From: Candidatus Limnocylindria bacterium
GTDB lineage: Bacteria > Chloroflexota > Limnocylindria > QHBO01
DNA: 64,000 nt
Direction: 5' to 3'
NCBI GenBank assembly: GCA_035708065.1
Contig: DASSTC010000057.1
Span: 2,788-66,787, forward strand
The notes under the pieces: model-generated
Database searches by the model: none
The model's input: the letters and a program-made list of their open reading frames with translations, nothing else
Told to the model about the DNA's origin: nothing
Shown: one piece after another, positions 48,540-56,924 of the stretch
Numbering within the stretch: position 1 is the first letter of the stretch
How the letters are laid out: each line of letters starts with the position of its first letter
Program-made: the position numbers and the translations under genes

Positions 48540-50029
48540 TCGCTGACGACTCCTGCATCGGTCCCGAGCGGGACGTCGAGGATGATACGGGTGCCGGCGC
48601 CCGGCTGGCTCACGATCTGGAACCCGGCGCCCATGCGCGTGGCACGATCGGCCATGTTGCGCAGGCCGCGGTGGCTCGTGCCGACCTTCGCCGCGGCGTC
48701 GAAGCCGCGGCCGTCGTCGGCGATCTCCAGGTGCAGCTCGCCCTCGGCCGGCTCGATCGAGATCGTGGCGTGGCTCGCCTGCGCATGGCGAGCGACGTTG
48801 GCCAGCGTCTCGCGGACGATGCTCAGCAGCTCGCCCGACAGGTCGACCGGCAGCGGCCCGGGGTCGCTGCCGCGCACGTCGATGTCGACCGCCGAGTTGA
48901 GGCGCACCTCGTCGGCCAGGGTCTCGAGGGCGAGCAGCAGGCCGCCCTCCTCGAGCAGCACCGGTCGCAGGCCGAAGATGAAGCCGCGGATCTCGTTGAT
49001 CGTGCCGTGCAGCGAGTCGATTGCGGCGTCGACCCGCGCGGCCGCCTCCTCGGGCGCCTCGCTGACCAGCTCCGGGACGTCGTCAAGCGACAGCGTGACG
49101 CCGTAGATGCGCTGGATGATCGTGTCGTGCAGATCGCGGCTGATGCGCTCGCGCTCGGTGACGATCCCCAGGCGACGCACCCGATCATGCAGGCGTGCGT
49201 TCTCCATGGCGATCCCGCTGTGCAGCGCGAAGCGCTCGACGAGCCGCTGGTCGTCCTCGTTGAACTCCGGCGCTCCCTGCTTCTCGGTGAGGTACAGGCG
49301 GCCGATCGACCGTTGGCCGACGGTGATCGGCACCCCCAGGAACGAGCGCATCGCCGGGTGGTTCGGCGGGAAGCCGTAGCGTCGCGGGTCGGTCGTGATG
49401 TCGGCGATGCGATAGGCGCGGTTCTCGCGGATGATCAGGCCCAGCAGTCCTCGTCCCCGCGGCAGCGAACCGATGCGCTCGCGCTGCTCGTGGCTCATGC
49501 CCGAGGTCACGAAGCGCTCGATGACCCCGTCCTCGTCGACGATGCCGAGCGCGGCGTACGTGGCGTCGACCAGCTCGCGCACGCGGTCGACGATGCCCTG
49601 CAGCACGCCGTCCACGCTCTGCAGACCGGCAATGCCGCGAATCGCCACGTCGAGGGCGGCGAGGTTGCCCTCGGCGCGTCGGGCGCGGGCCTCGCCGTGG
49701 ACCGATTCGAGCGCCAGGCCGACCGCGTGGCGCAGCAGCGAGGCCGCCTCGCCGTCCGGCGGATCCAGCGCCAGGCGGCCGAGCGCCGCCGGCGCGCCGA
49801 CCGGGCGGCCGCCGGCCGCGGCATCCGCGACGAGCGTTCCGCAGCCCACCACCACCCCGGCGAGGGGCGGCGCGTCGATCAGCAGCGCCGCTCCCCGGAA
49901 GCCGAGCTGCTCGGCGAGGAGCTGAAGGGTGGACGCGATGCGATCGCGCTCCGCATCGGTCCGCCCATCCTGCCAGGCCGACACAGCGTCGATGAGGTGA
50001 GTCAGCGGCAGCGCGACCGGGTCAGGCAT
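48536..50029 (-). CDS. GAF-domain sensor histidine kinase (HisKA_3 type, DosS/DevS-like architecture)
   Basis: GAF block GFPPNHPAMRSFLGVPI, H-box ERERISRDLHDTIIQ, and HATPase blocks NVARHA and DDGRGF. Confidence 0.85.
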   Translation of the reverse strand: MPDPVALPLTHLIDAVSAWQDGRTDAERDRIASTLQLLAEQLGFRGAALLIDAPPLAGVVVGCGTLVADAAAGGRPVGAPAALGRLALDPPDGEAASLLRHAVGLALESVHGEARARRAEGNLAALDVAIRGIAGLQSVDGVLQGIVDRVRELVDATYAALGIVDEDGVIERFVTSGMSHEQRERIGSLPRGRGLLGLIIRENRAYRIADITTDPRRYGFPPNHPAMRSFLGVPITVGQRSIGRLYLTEKQGAPEFNEDDQRLVERFALHSGIAMENARLHDRVRRLGIVTERERISRDLHDTIIQRIYGVTLSLDDVPELVSEAPEEAAARVDAAIDSLHGTINEIRGFIFGLRPVLLEEGGLLLALETLADEVRLNSAVDIDVRGSDPGPLPVDLSGELLSIVRETLANVARHAQASHATISIEPAEGELHLEIADDGRGFDAAAKVGTSHRGLRNMADRATRMGAGFQIVSQPGAGTRIILDVPLGTDAGVVSE

Positions 50030-50041
50030 GGGACAAGGCTA

Positions 50042-50080
50042 CCGGGATGTCCCGGTCACTGTCCCGGCCAGACCGGGACA
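50042..50080. promoter_or_regulatory. cluster of GGGA/TCCC inverted repeats (candidate response-regulator boxes)
   Basis: CCGGGA-TG-TCCCGG (50042-50055) and TGTCCCGG-CCAGA-CCGGGACA (50060-80) lie in the 166-nt divergent region between the kinase ATG and the nirK ATG. The half-sites resemble DosR-type GGGAC/GTCCC. Confidence 0.45.
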
Positions 50081-50195
50081 TCGGGCATGCGATGGCGGGC
50101 CGCATGGCACGTGTCGCGGTCGCATCGGTCTGGTGAAATGGGAAACGTCGAAATGGAGCCGCCCAACGACGGCTCTTCCACGAAGCAGGGAACAG

Positions 50196-51551
50196 ATGAC
50201 CAGGATCTTCATCTTCATCTCGGCGTTCGTCAGCATGGCGCTGCTTACGCTCATCTACACGCAGGTCGCACAGCAACCCGCCGTCGCCCAGGCCGAGAAC
50301 GGCGGAGCGAACCAGGGCACGCTGGAGATTCACGCCTTCGACCTCGGCTTCAAGCCGAACATGCTCCACGTCCCGAACCCGGGGCGTTACACGATCAAGC
50401 TCGTCAACGACGGTGCGATGCCGCATGACTTCGCGACGGCCGATGGCACGGTGATCGTCGCCGCGCAGGCGGGCGAGACGGTCACCGCGGAGATCGACGT
50501 GCCGGCCGCCGGATTCGACTTCATCTGCTCCATCCCCGGCCACGCAGCCGCGGGCATGACCGGCAGCATCATGGTCGATGGCGGCACCGCCGGGCGGCCG
50601 AACGCGACACCGGCGCCGAGCATGGGCGATCACGGCGGTCCCGGGGCGGCGCTGCCCGCCAAGGACCCCAATGCCCCGAAGTACGAGCTCCGCGATCCCA
50701 CCGCACCGAAGCTGATGTCGGGCAAGGTCCACGACATCACCCTCGTCACCGAGGAGAAGCTGATGACCGTGGCCGACGGCTACGTGCAGAAGGTCTGGAC
50801 GTTCAACGGCACCGTGCCGGGTCCAGTGCTGCGGGTGAAGGTCGGTGACACGGTGCGGATCCACCTCCAGAACCCGAAGACCAGCCAGATGAACCACTCG
50901 GTCGACTTCCACGCCTCGATGGTGGCCTGGAACGACGAGATGACCGATATCGCGCCGGGCCAGGAGAAGCTCTACGAGTTCACGGCCGAACATGCGGGCG
51001 TGTGGATGTACCACTGCGGCACGGCGCCGACGCTGCATCACATCGCCAACGGGATGTACGGCATGATCATCGTCGAGCCGACCGCGGGCCTGCCGACGGT
51101 CGACGCCGAGTACGCCATCGTGCAGAGCGAGTGGTACCTCGGCCCGCAGGGCCAGCCGACCGATCTGACCAAGGCCTCGGCCGGTGCGCCGGATCCCGAC
51201 TTCGTGGTCTTCAACGGCGTGGCCAACCAGTACAAGGACAACCCGATCAAGGTCAAGACCGGCGAGCGCGTGCGGATGTTCATCCTGGACGCCGGACCGA
51301 GCGTGGACAGCTCGTTCCACATCGTTGGTACGATCTTCGATGACGTGATCAAGGAAGGCATCCACCTGAAGCGCGGCAACGATGGCTCGTGGGGCTCGCA
51401 GGCCGTCGACCTCTCGCCGGCGCAGGGGGCGATCGTCGAGTTCACCACGGCCGAGGATGGCCTCTACCCGATGGTGACCCATGCGTTCAACCTGGTTGGA
51501 CGCGGAGCGCTGGGCTTGGTCCAGGCCGGTGACGGCGATCCCCTCAACTGA
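50196..51551 (+). CDS. nirK: copper-containing nitrite reductase with N-terminal cupredoxin extension
   Basis: HSVDFH (T1/T2 Cu His), YHCGTAPTLHHIANGMYG (His-Cys...His...Met) and the class-II marker SSFHI. The N-terminal extra domain has cupredoxin ligands PHDF...CSIPGHAAAGM. A signal/TM segment follows ATG 50196. Confidence 0.85.
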   Translation: MTRIFIFISAFVSMALLTLIYTQVAQQPAVAQAENGGANQGTLEIHAFDLGFKPNMLHVPNPGRYTIKLVNDGAMPHDFATADGTVIVAAQAGETVTAEIDVPAAGFDFICSIPGHAAAGMTGSIMVDGGTAGRPNATPAPSMGDHGGPGAALPAKDPNAPKYELRDPTAPKLMSGKVHDITLVTEEKLMTVADGYVQKVWTFNGTVPGPVLRVKVGDTVRIHLQNPKTSQMNHSVDFHASMVAWNDEMTDIAPGQEKLYEFTAEHAGVWMYHCGTAPTLHHIANGMYGMIIVEPTAGLPTVDAEYAIVQSEWYLGPQGQPTDLTKASAGAPDPDFVVFNGVANQYKDNPIKVKTGERVRMFILDAGPSVDSSFHIVGTIFDDVIKEGIHLKRGNDGSWGSQAVDLSPAQGAIVEFTTAEDGLYPMVTHAFNLVGRGALGLVQAGDGDPLN

Positions 51552-51555
51552 TCCG

Positions 51556-52836
51556 ATGGACCTGGCCATCGGTCCGATGCCGGAGCGGCGCGATGCCGCT
51601 CCGGCATCCGCACGCCTGAGCGAACGCTCCGTCCTGCAGCTGGGCATCGGCCTGGCCGCGGGCTTCGTCGTCCTGTCGCTGGTGACCGGCGTCGTGCCGC
51701 TCGGCCCGCTGCACGGCTGGGTGGCGATCCACCTCGCGCTGGCCGGCGCCACCACCGTGGCGATCGGCACGTTCATGCCTCACTTCGGGGTGACGCTGGC
51801 CGGCACCCGGCCGGAGCCCGTCGCCGCGCGGCTCGCCGGCGTCCTGTCGCTGGCAAGCGGCATGGCGCTGGTCGCGCTCGGGCGACCGCTGCTCGGCGAT
51901 CACCTGGCTGCCGGCGGCGGCGTATTGGTGCTCATCGGCCTCGGCATCACGGCCTGGAACACGTATGCACCGATGCGCTCGGGCCTGACCCGGCGCCACC
52001 CGATCGTGCAGGTCACCTACGGCGTGGCGCTGGCCGACCTGGTCGTGGGTGCCACGCTGGCCACGTTGTTCCTGCTCGGCTTCGCGCCGGTGACCGGTGC
52101 ATGGGTCGCGCTCAAGCCGGCCCACGCCTGGCTCAACGTCTTCGGCTTCGTGTCGCTGACGATCGCCGGAACGCTGATCTACCTCTATCCGACGATGCTC
52201 GGCACCCGCATCCGGCCCCACTGGACGATGGTGATGGCCGTCATCGGCCTGCTGGTCGGGCCGCCGGTGGTGGCCATCGGATCCGCGCTCGAGTCGCAGG
52301 CCGTGGCGGTGGTCGGCGGCGCGGTCGCGCTGGCCGGTGCCATCGGTCTGCTCGGCTACGGCCTCGAGATCCGGAGCCGCCGCGGCCGATGGGCGAACGA
52401 CCTCGCCTGGCACAGCCTCACCGCACGCCACGGCCTGGCCGGCATGGCGTGGTTCGTGGTGACCGTCGCCGTGGCGCTGGTGGGCCTCGTGCGTAACGGC
52501 GCAGCCGTGCCCGGCTGGACGCTTGGATCCATGGCGCTGCCGCTCATCGGCGGCTGGGCCCTGCAGGAGCTGGTGGCGGCCTGGGGCCATCTGCTGCCGG
52601 CGGTCGGCCCGGCCGACATGGCGGCCAAGGCCCGCCAGCGTGCCGTGCTGTCGCGGCTCGCGCTGCCTCGGGTCATCGCCTGGAACCTGGGCGTGGCGCT
52701 GGCCTGGATCGGCCTCGGCCTGTGGATGCCGGTGCTGATCGGGTTGGGCGCGGTGCTGCTGGGTGGCGCAGTGGTCACCGCGCTCGTGTTGCTCGGCAGG
52801 GCGCTGAGCATCGGACAGGCACGCCGGTCATCCTGA
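51556..52836 (+). CDS. polytopic His-rich membrane protein (about 12 TM; NnrS-like suspected)
   Basis: Starts 4 nt after the nirK stop; 426 aa. Intramembrane His motifs IHLALAGATTVAIGTFMPHF, AHAWLNVFGF and AAWGHLLP. Confidence 0.7.
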   Translation: MDLAIGPMPERRDAAPASARLSERSVLQLGIGLAAGFVVLSLVTGVVPLGPLHGWVAIHLALAGATTVAIGTFMPHFGVTLAGTRPEPVAARLAGVLSLASGMALVALGRPLLGDHLAAGGGVLVLIGLGITAWNTYAPMRSGLTRRHPIVQVTYGVALADLVVGATLATLFLLGFAPVTGAWVALKPAHAWLNVFGFVSLTIAGTLIYLYPTMLGTRIRPHWTMVMAVIGLLVGPPVVAIGSALESQAVAVVGGAVALAGAIGLLGYGLEIRSRRGRWANDLAWHSLTARHGLAGMAWFVVTVAVALVGLVRNGAAVPGWTLGSMALPLIGGWALQELVAAWGHLLPAVGPADMAAKARQRAVLSRLALPRVIAWNLGVALAWIGLGLWMPVLIGLGAVLLGGAVVTALVLLGRALSIGQARRSS

Positions 52837-53142
52837 GCGTACGGACGCCGGCGTGCTCGCATGACCGGGTCGGTGGATCCTCGGCTGACCTCGGTGGCTG
52901 CCGGGAAGAGGTTGCCGATCAGCGCGACTGCTACAACCGGGCCTGATCGGCGGCAGGTGTCCCGCCGATATCAGTCGCACTGCTCGGCGAGGCGCGGATC
53001 AGTCCGAACGCCCGATTTCAACAAGCGCGACTGATCGCCGGCCGCGGCGGGGCGCTCGTCGCAGGCGCTGGATCGGTCAGGCGCAGAGCCGGCAGCCGTC
53101 GCTGCTCAGGAACGCGTGACCGAGCCAGAAGCGCCTCCGGAT

Positions 53143-53300
53143 CGTCAGCCCGTGGCTCTATCCACGATCGAGGGCGCTCTGCACACGCCTTGTTCGCTGT
53201 CGTAGCCGCTGGCTGGCGATTACGACGGCCGACGAGCCGAGCTGACGTGCCGACGCACGCCGAACCACTTGCCGTTCGCCGATAGAGCCACCTGCTGGCT
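53143..53300. repeat. 158-nt imperfect-palindrome repeat element, copy 2
   Basis: Arms at 53143-53170 and 53273-53300 (21/28 WC) with a 102-nt core, the same geometry as copy 1. The right arm is 26/28 identical to copy 1. Confidence 0.6.
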
Positions 53301-53327
53301 CCGCGGAGGGGTTCCGCCCGTCGCTGC

Positions 53328-53831
53328 CTAGTGTGCCGTGGCCGGCGTGGCGATCATCTCGGCGATCTCATCTGCCCAGCTGTCGATCGCGTCCCATTCG
53401 CGGAAGTCGCCGTATGGCGCGCGGACCAGGCCGACGATCGCCCGCTCGCCGAAGCCGAGCTGCGCTCGCTCGAGGGCCCCGCTGAAGACGCGATGCCCGA
53501 CCGCGGAGACCTGGCGCACCAGGCCGTCGACCTCGACCGCGTCCCCGGCCGGAACCGGCGGCTCGCCCAGCGGACCGCTCGAGAAGAGCCACACGGCACG
53601 GTCGCGCAGGGTGTCCGCCTGGCGCTGCACGAACTCGGTGGCGCTCTTCATCCAGTGCCCGGCGTAGACGGCGCTGCCGATGATCACCGCGTCGTACCCG
53701 GCCGCCGACCCGACGACCTCGGGTGGCAGCACTTCGACGTCGACCCCGCGTTCACGGAGCCGCTGTGCAAGTGATTCGCCGATCTCGGCGGTCGCGCCGT
53801 GCTTCGAGGCGACCGTGACCAAAGCTCTCAT
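53328..53831 (-). CDS. flavodoxin-domain protein (HemG-like long-chain type)
   Basis: MRALVTVASKHGATAEIGESLA...AVIIGSAVYAGHW...GDFREWDAI pattern. Confidence 0.8.
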   Translation of the reverse strand: MRALVTVASKHGATAEIGESLAQRLRERGVDVEVLPPEVVGSAAGYDAVIIGSAVYAGHWMKSATEFVQRQADTLRDRAVWLFSSGPLGEPPVPAGDAVEVDGLVRQVSAVGHRVFSGALERAQLGFGERAIVGLVRAPYGDFREWDAIDSWADEIAEMIATPATAH

Positions 53832-54011
53832 CTCGATGCCCTGCCTTTCAGCGTCGGCGGCCGCCGGCCGTCAGCGGGCGTGGCCGATCGCCGACCGTTC
53901 GGAACAAGCATGGCTGACGCCCTGACAGCCGAGCACCTGCCAGAGGTCAGGTGCAGTCGGGAGCAATGGCATGGCAAACGATGCGCTCGGACATGCTCGA
54001 TTGAGCGGGCG

Positions 54012-54518
54012 TCACTCGGGTCGACGGTGCGAAACGTACTCGCCGGCGGGGCGGCGGAAGCCGACCGACAGCCGGTTCCAGCCGTTGATGGCGATGATCG
54101 CCAGCGTCAGGGCGACCTGTTCGGCCGCGTCGAACTCGCTCGCCATCCAGTCGTAGTCGTCGGCCGGCGCGCCGGTCTGCGGCAGCAGCGTCAGCGCCTC
54201 GGTCCAGGCCAGCGCGGCGCGCTCGCGGCTGCTGAAGTCGGGCGCCTCGCGCCAGACCGCGACCATGTTCAGTCGCTGCTGGTCCTCGCCGATGGCCAGC
54301 GCGTCCTTGGTGTGCATGTCGACGCAGAAGGCACAGCCGTTGAGCTGCGAGGCGCGCAGCTTGACAAGCTCGCGGAGCTTCGGCTCGAGCGTGCTGTGAT
54401 GGACGACCGTCTCGAGCGCCGACATGGCGCGGGTCGCCTCGGGGAGGGCTTCGTTGTAGTCGAGCCGGGGCTCCTCGACGGCGTGTGCGGTATGGCGTTG
54501 GATCAGTTCGGTGGTCAT
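54012..54518 (-). CDS. carboxymuconolactone decarboxylase-family (AhpD-like) protein
   Basis: LRASQLNGCAFCVDMH CxxC motif of CMD/AhpD proteins; AGGAGAA SD before ATG 54518. Confidence 0.85.
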   Translation of the reverse strand: MTTELIQRHTAHAVEEPRLDYNEALPEATRAMSALETVVHHSTLEPKLRELVKLRASQLNGCAFCVDMHTKDALAIGEDQQRLNMVAVWREAPDFSSRERAALAWTEALTLLPQTGAPADDYDWMASEFDAAEQVALTLAIIAINGWNRLSVGFRRPAGEYVSHRRPE

Positions 54519-54525
54519 GGTTCTC

Positions 54526-55266
54526 CTAGTACCCGGTGAATTCTTCACTGCGAATGTCGTCCTCGTCGACGGCCATCTCGGCCAGCACGGCGCGCATGGC
54601 GCGCACCATGCCGGCCGGGCCGGCGAGGTAGTAGATCGGCTGCTCGATGCCGTCGAGGTGGCGTCGCAGCATGTCGGCGTCGACATGGCCGCGCTCGCCG
54701 CCCCACGCGTCGGCCGGCTGGGGAGCGGACATCACCGGCACGAACGCGAGCTTCGGCTCGCGCTCGGCAAGCTGCCGCAGCTCGTCGGCAAAGGCCGCAT
54801 CGGTCGGGCGCCGGTTGGCGTGGATCAGCACCACCCGATAGGGGAGCGACCCGCCGTGCATCTGCTCGACAAGGATGCTGCGGAACGGGGTGATCCCAAC
54901 GCCGCCGGCGAGAAGCACGGCCGGGCGCTGCGCATGGTGCAGCCGGAAGTCGCCGAACGGTCCCTCGAGCTTCATGCTGGTGCCCAGCGGCACGCGCTGC
55001 AGGACACGCTTGAACGCGGTATCGCGCAGTCGGGTGGTGATCTGGATGATCTCCTCTGACGGTGCGCTGGAGACCGAGAAGCCGCGTGTGTTGCCCTCGG
55101 CATCGGTCTCGGGCGGATCGTGCAGCGTGATATCGATGAACTGACCGGCCCGGTACGTCCAGTCCGCGGGCTTGGCCCAGCGGAAGCTCATCGTGCGGTC
55201 GGCGACCAGCTCGCGGCTGACCAGCGGTGCCTCGAAGACCGGCCAGGCGACGGTCTCGGTGCTCAT
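54526..55266 (-). CDS. FAD/NAD(P)-binding ferredoxin-reductase-type (FNR-like) oxidoreductase
   Basis: RGFSVSSAP (RxYS-type FAD motif), GPFG and LLAGGVGITP NAD(P) motifs; 246 aa. Confidence 0.85.
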   Translation of the reverse strand: MSTETVAWPVFEAPLVSRELVADRTMSFRWAKPADWTYRAGQFIDITLHDPPETDAEGNTRGFSVSSAPSEEIIQITTRLRDTAFKRVLQRVPLGTSMKLEGPFGDFRLHHAQRPAVLLAGGVGITPFRSILVEQMHGGSLPYRVVLIHANRRPTDAAFADELRQLAEREPKLAFVPVMSAPQPADAWGGERGHVDADMLRRHLDGIEQPIYYLAGPAGMVRAMRAVLAEMAVDEDDIRSEEFTGY

Positions 55267-55431
55267 GCGGGCACCCGTGACCGCGCGAGATTCGCGCGGC
55301 GCCAGCCGCCGTTCGCCATGGCGATCGTCGCGAGCTCGAAGGTGATCAGGCTGGTGTTCGGTACGAGCTCGCTCGACATGTGAGCACTGGTTCCTCTCTG
55401 CTTCCGATGATGGTGGTGGCAGACCGATGCA

Positions 55432-56574
55432 TCAGTCGATCCGCACGATTTCGCGCTGCAGGGTGTGGGCGGGGCGCCGCTCGGGGCGCGGCCGCGCGCC
55501 GCGGCGCAGCGACAGCCCCTGGACCACGGCACCCGCCGACGAGCCGACGAACAGCAGCAGGGCGATCACGTTCAGCACGCCGCCGGTCTGCCACAGCGCC
55601 TGGTTGCCGAGCAGGTCCCCCCCGACGATGCGCACCAGCAGCCCGGCGTGCAGCAGGACGAGGTGCGCGTAGAAGCGCGGCCGGTAGGGGAGCGGCACGC
55701 GCAGCACCGCCGGCACGATCACCGGCGCATGGCCGAAGACCATCGACATCACGAAGCCGAGGAAGATGGCGTGCAGCATCGTGTCGTAGGCGCTGCCGGC
55801 AACGCTGGCGCCGAACGCCAGCCAGGCGATGCCGCCGACCGCCAGCCAGGCGTAGCCGATGAGCAGGCAGAGCGCGATGAACCGCGTGACGCCCTGCATG
55901 CGGACGGTCCGGCGGGCGAGGTCGTGGGCCGCCAGCCAGGCGGTCAGGGCCAGCAGACCGATGCCCGCGACCCGCATCCCGAGGTCGGGCAGCACGAGGG
56001 ACACGGCCACCCCGGCGACGAAGGGGAGCGCCGCGGCGACGAATGTGGCTCGGGCGCTCGGCGACAGCTTTCCCAGCCGCGACAGCTCGAGCCGCTCGCC
56101 GGCGATGACCAGCACCAGGAATGCGGCGAGCCAGGGAATGATGGCGCTCACCGGCCGGCCGGCAACCCACAGGAGGGCGGCGACCGCCCACCCCACGGCG
56201 CCGACCGCCTGGACCCGGGTGTGCAGCGCGACCTCGATGCGGTCGAAGGCGACGTACATCGCCATGAGCACGATGCCCGCGGCCAGCAGCAGCGCGCCGG
56301 CGAGCACGTCGGGCGCGCCGACCAGCAGCGCAACCCCGCCCAGCCCGGCGGCCAGTGGCGAAGCGTAGGCCCAGCGCGCGCCCAGCGCCACGGCGCGCTC
56401 AAGCGCGATCATCGTGCCGAGGAAGCCGAGCGCCATGAGCAGGCCGTGGGCGGCCGCCAGGTGCGTGGCGGCGCTCGGCATGCCAATCCCGAGCAGCACC
56501 AGCGCGCCGGTCAACCCGCCGAGCAGCGCCGCTCCGCCGAGGGCCAGCAGCGCGAGGCTGCGACGGTTGATCAT
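55432..56574 (-). CDS. polytopic His-rich membrane protein (NnrS-like suspected)
   Basis: 380 aa, about 12 TM. Motifs AAHGLLMALGFLGTMIALE and LHAIFLGFVMSMVFGHAPVIVP; ATGA overlap with the DUF59 gene. Confidence 0.7.
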   Translation of the reverse strand: MINRRSLALLALGGAALLGGLTGALVLLGIGMPSAATHLAAAHGLLMALGFLGTMIALERAVALGARWAYASPLAAGLGGVALLVGAPDVLAGALLLAAGIVLMAMYVAFDRIEVALHTRVQAVGAVGWAVAALLWVAGRPVSAIIPWLAAFLVLVIAGERLELSRLGKLSPSARATFVAAALPFVAGVAVSLVLPDLGMRVAGIGLLALTAWLAAHDLARRTVRMQGVTRFIALCLLIGYAWLAVGGIAWLAFGASVAGSAYDTMLHAIFLGFVMSMVFGHAPVIVPAVLRVPLPYRPRFYAHLVLLHAGLLVRIVGGDLLGNQALWQTGGVLNVIALLLFVGSSAGAVVQGLSLRRGARPRPERRPAHTLQREIVRID

Positions 56575-56924
56575 CGGCGCCAGCCGAGCTGGGCCTTGGC
56601 CGTATCGGTCATCAGGTCCGGTGACCAGAGCGGGTCGTAGGTGACCTCGATGTCGACGTCGAGCACCCGGTCGAGGCCGAGCAGCGCCCAGCGGATGCCG
56701 TCGCTGAGGTACGGCCCGAGCGGGCAGGCGGGCGTCGTGGTGGTGATGAGGATGTTCGCCACGCCATCGGTCACCGAGGCGTCGTAGACCAGGCCGAGGT
56801 CGACGATGTTCACGCCGAGCTCGGGGTCGATCACGTCCCGCAGGCGCTCGTCGAGCTCGTCGCGGGTCACCTCGCTGGAGAGCAGCGCCGCCACGTCGAG
56901 CGGCTGGTCGAGTTTGTCGTTCAT
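56571..56924 (-). CDS. DUF59 (SufT/MIP18-type) Fe-S assembly-related protein
   Basis: VIDPELGVNIVDLGLVY...TTPACPLG signature; ATGA overlaps at both ends. Confidence 0.8.
   Translation of the reverse strand: MNDKLDQPLDVAALLSSEVTRDELDERLRDVIDPELGVNIVDLGLVYDASVTDGVANILITTTTPACPLGPYLSDGIRWALLGLDRVLDVDIEVTYDPLWSPDLMTDTAKAQLGWRR

Noticed and set aside
48503-51776. Long ORFs 48503..50428 (+) and 50022..51776 (-)
   Set aside because: They are antisense shadows of the GAF kinase and nirK respectively. Both real genes carry complete catalytic motifs.
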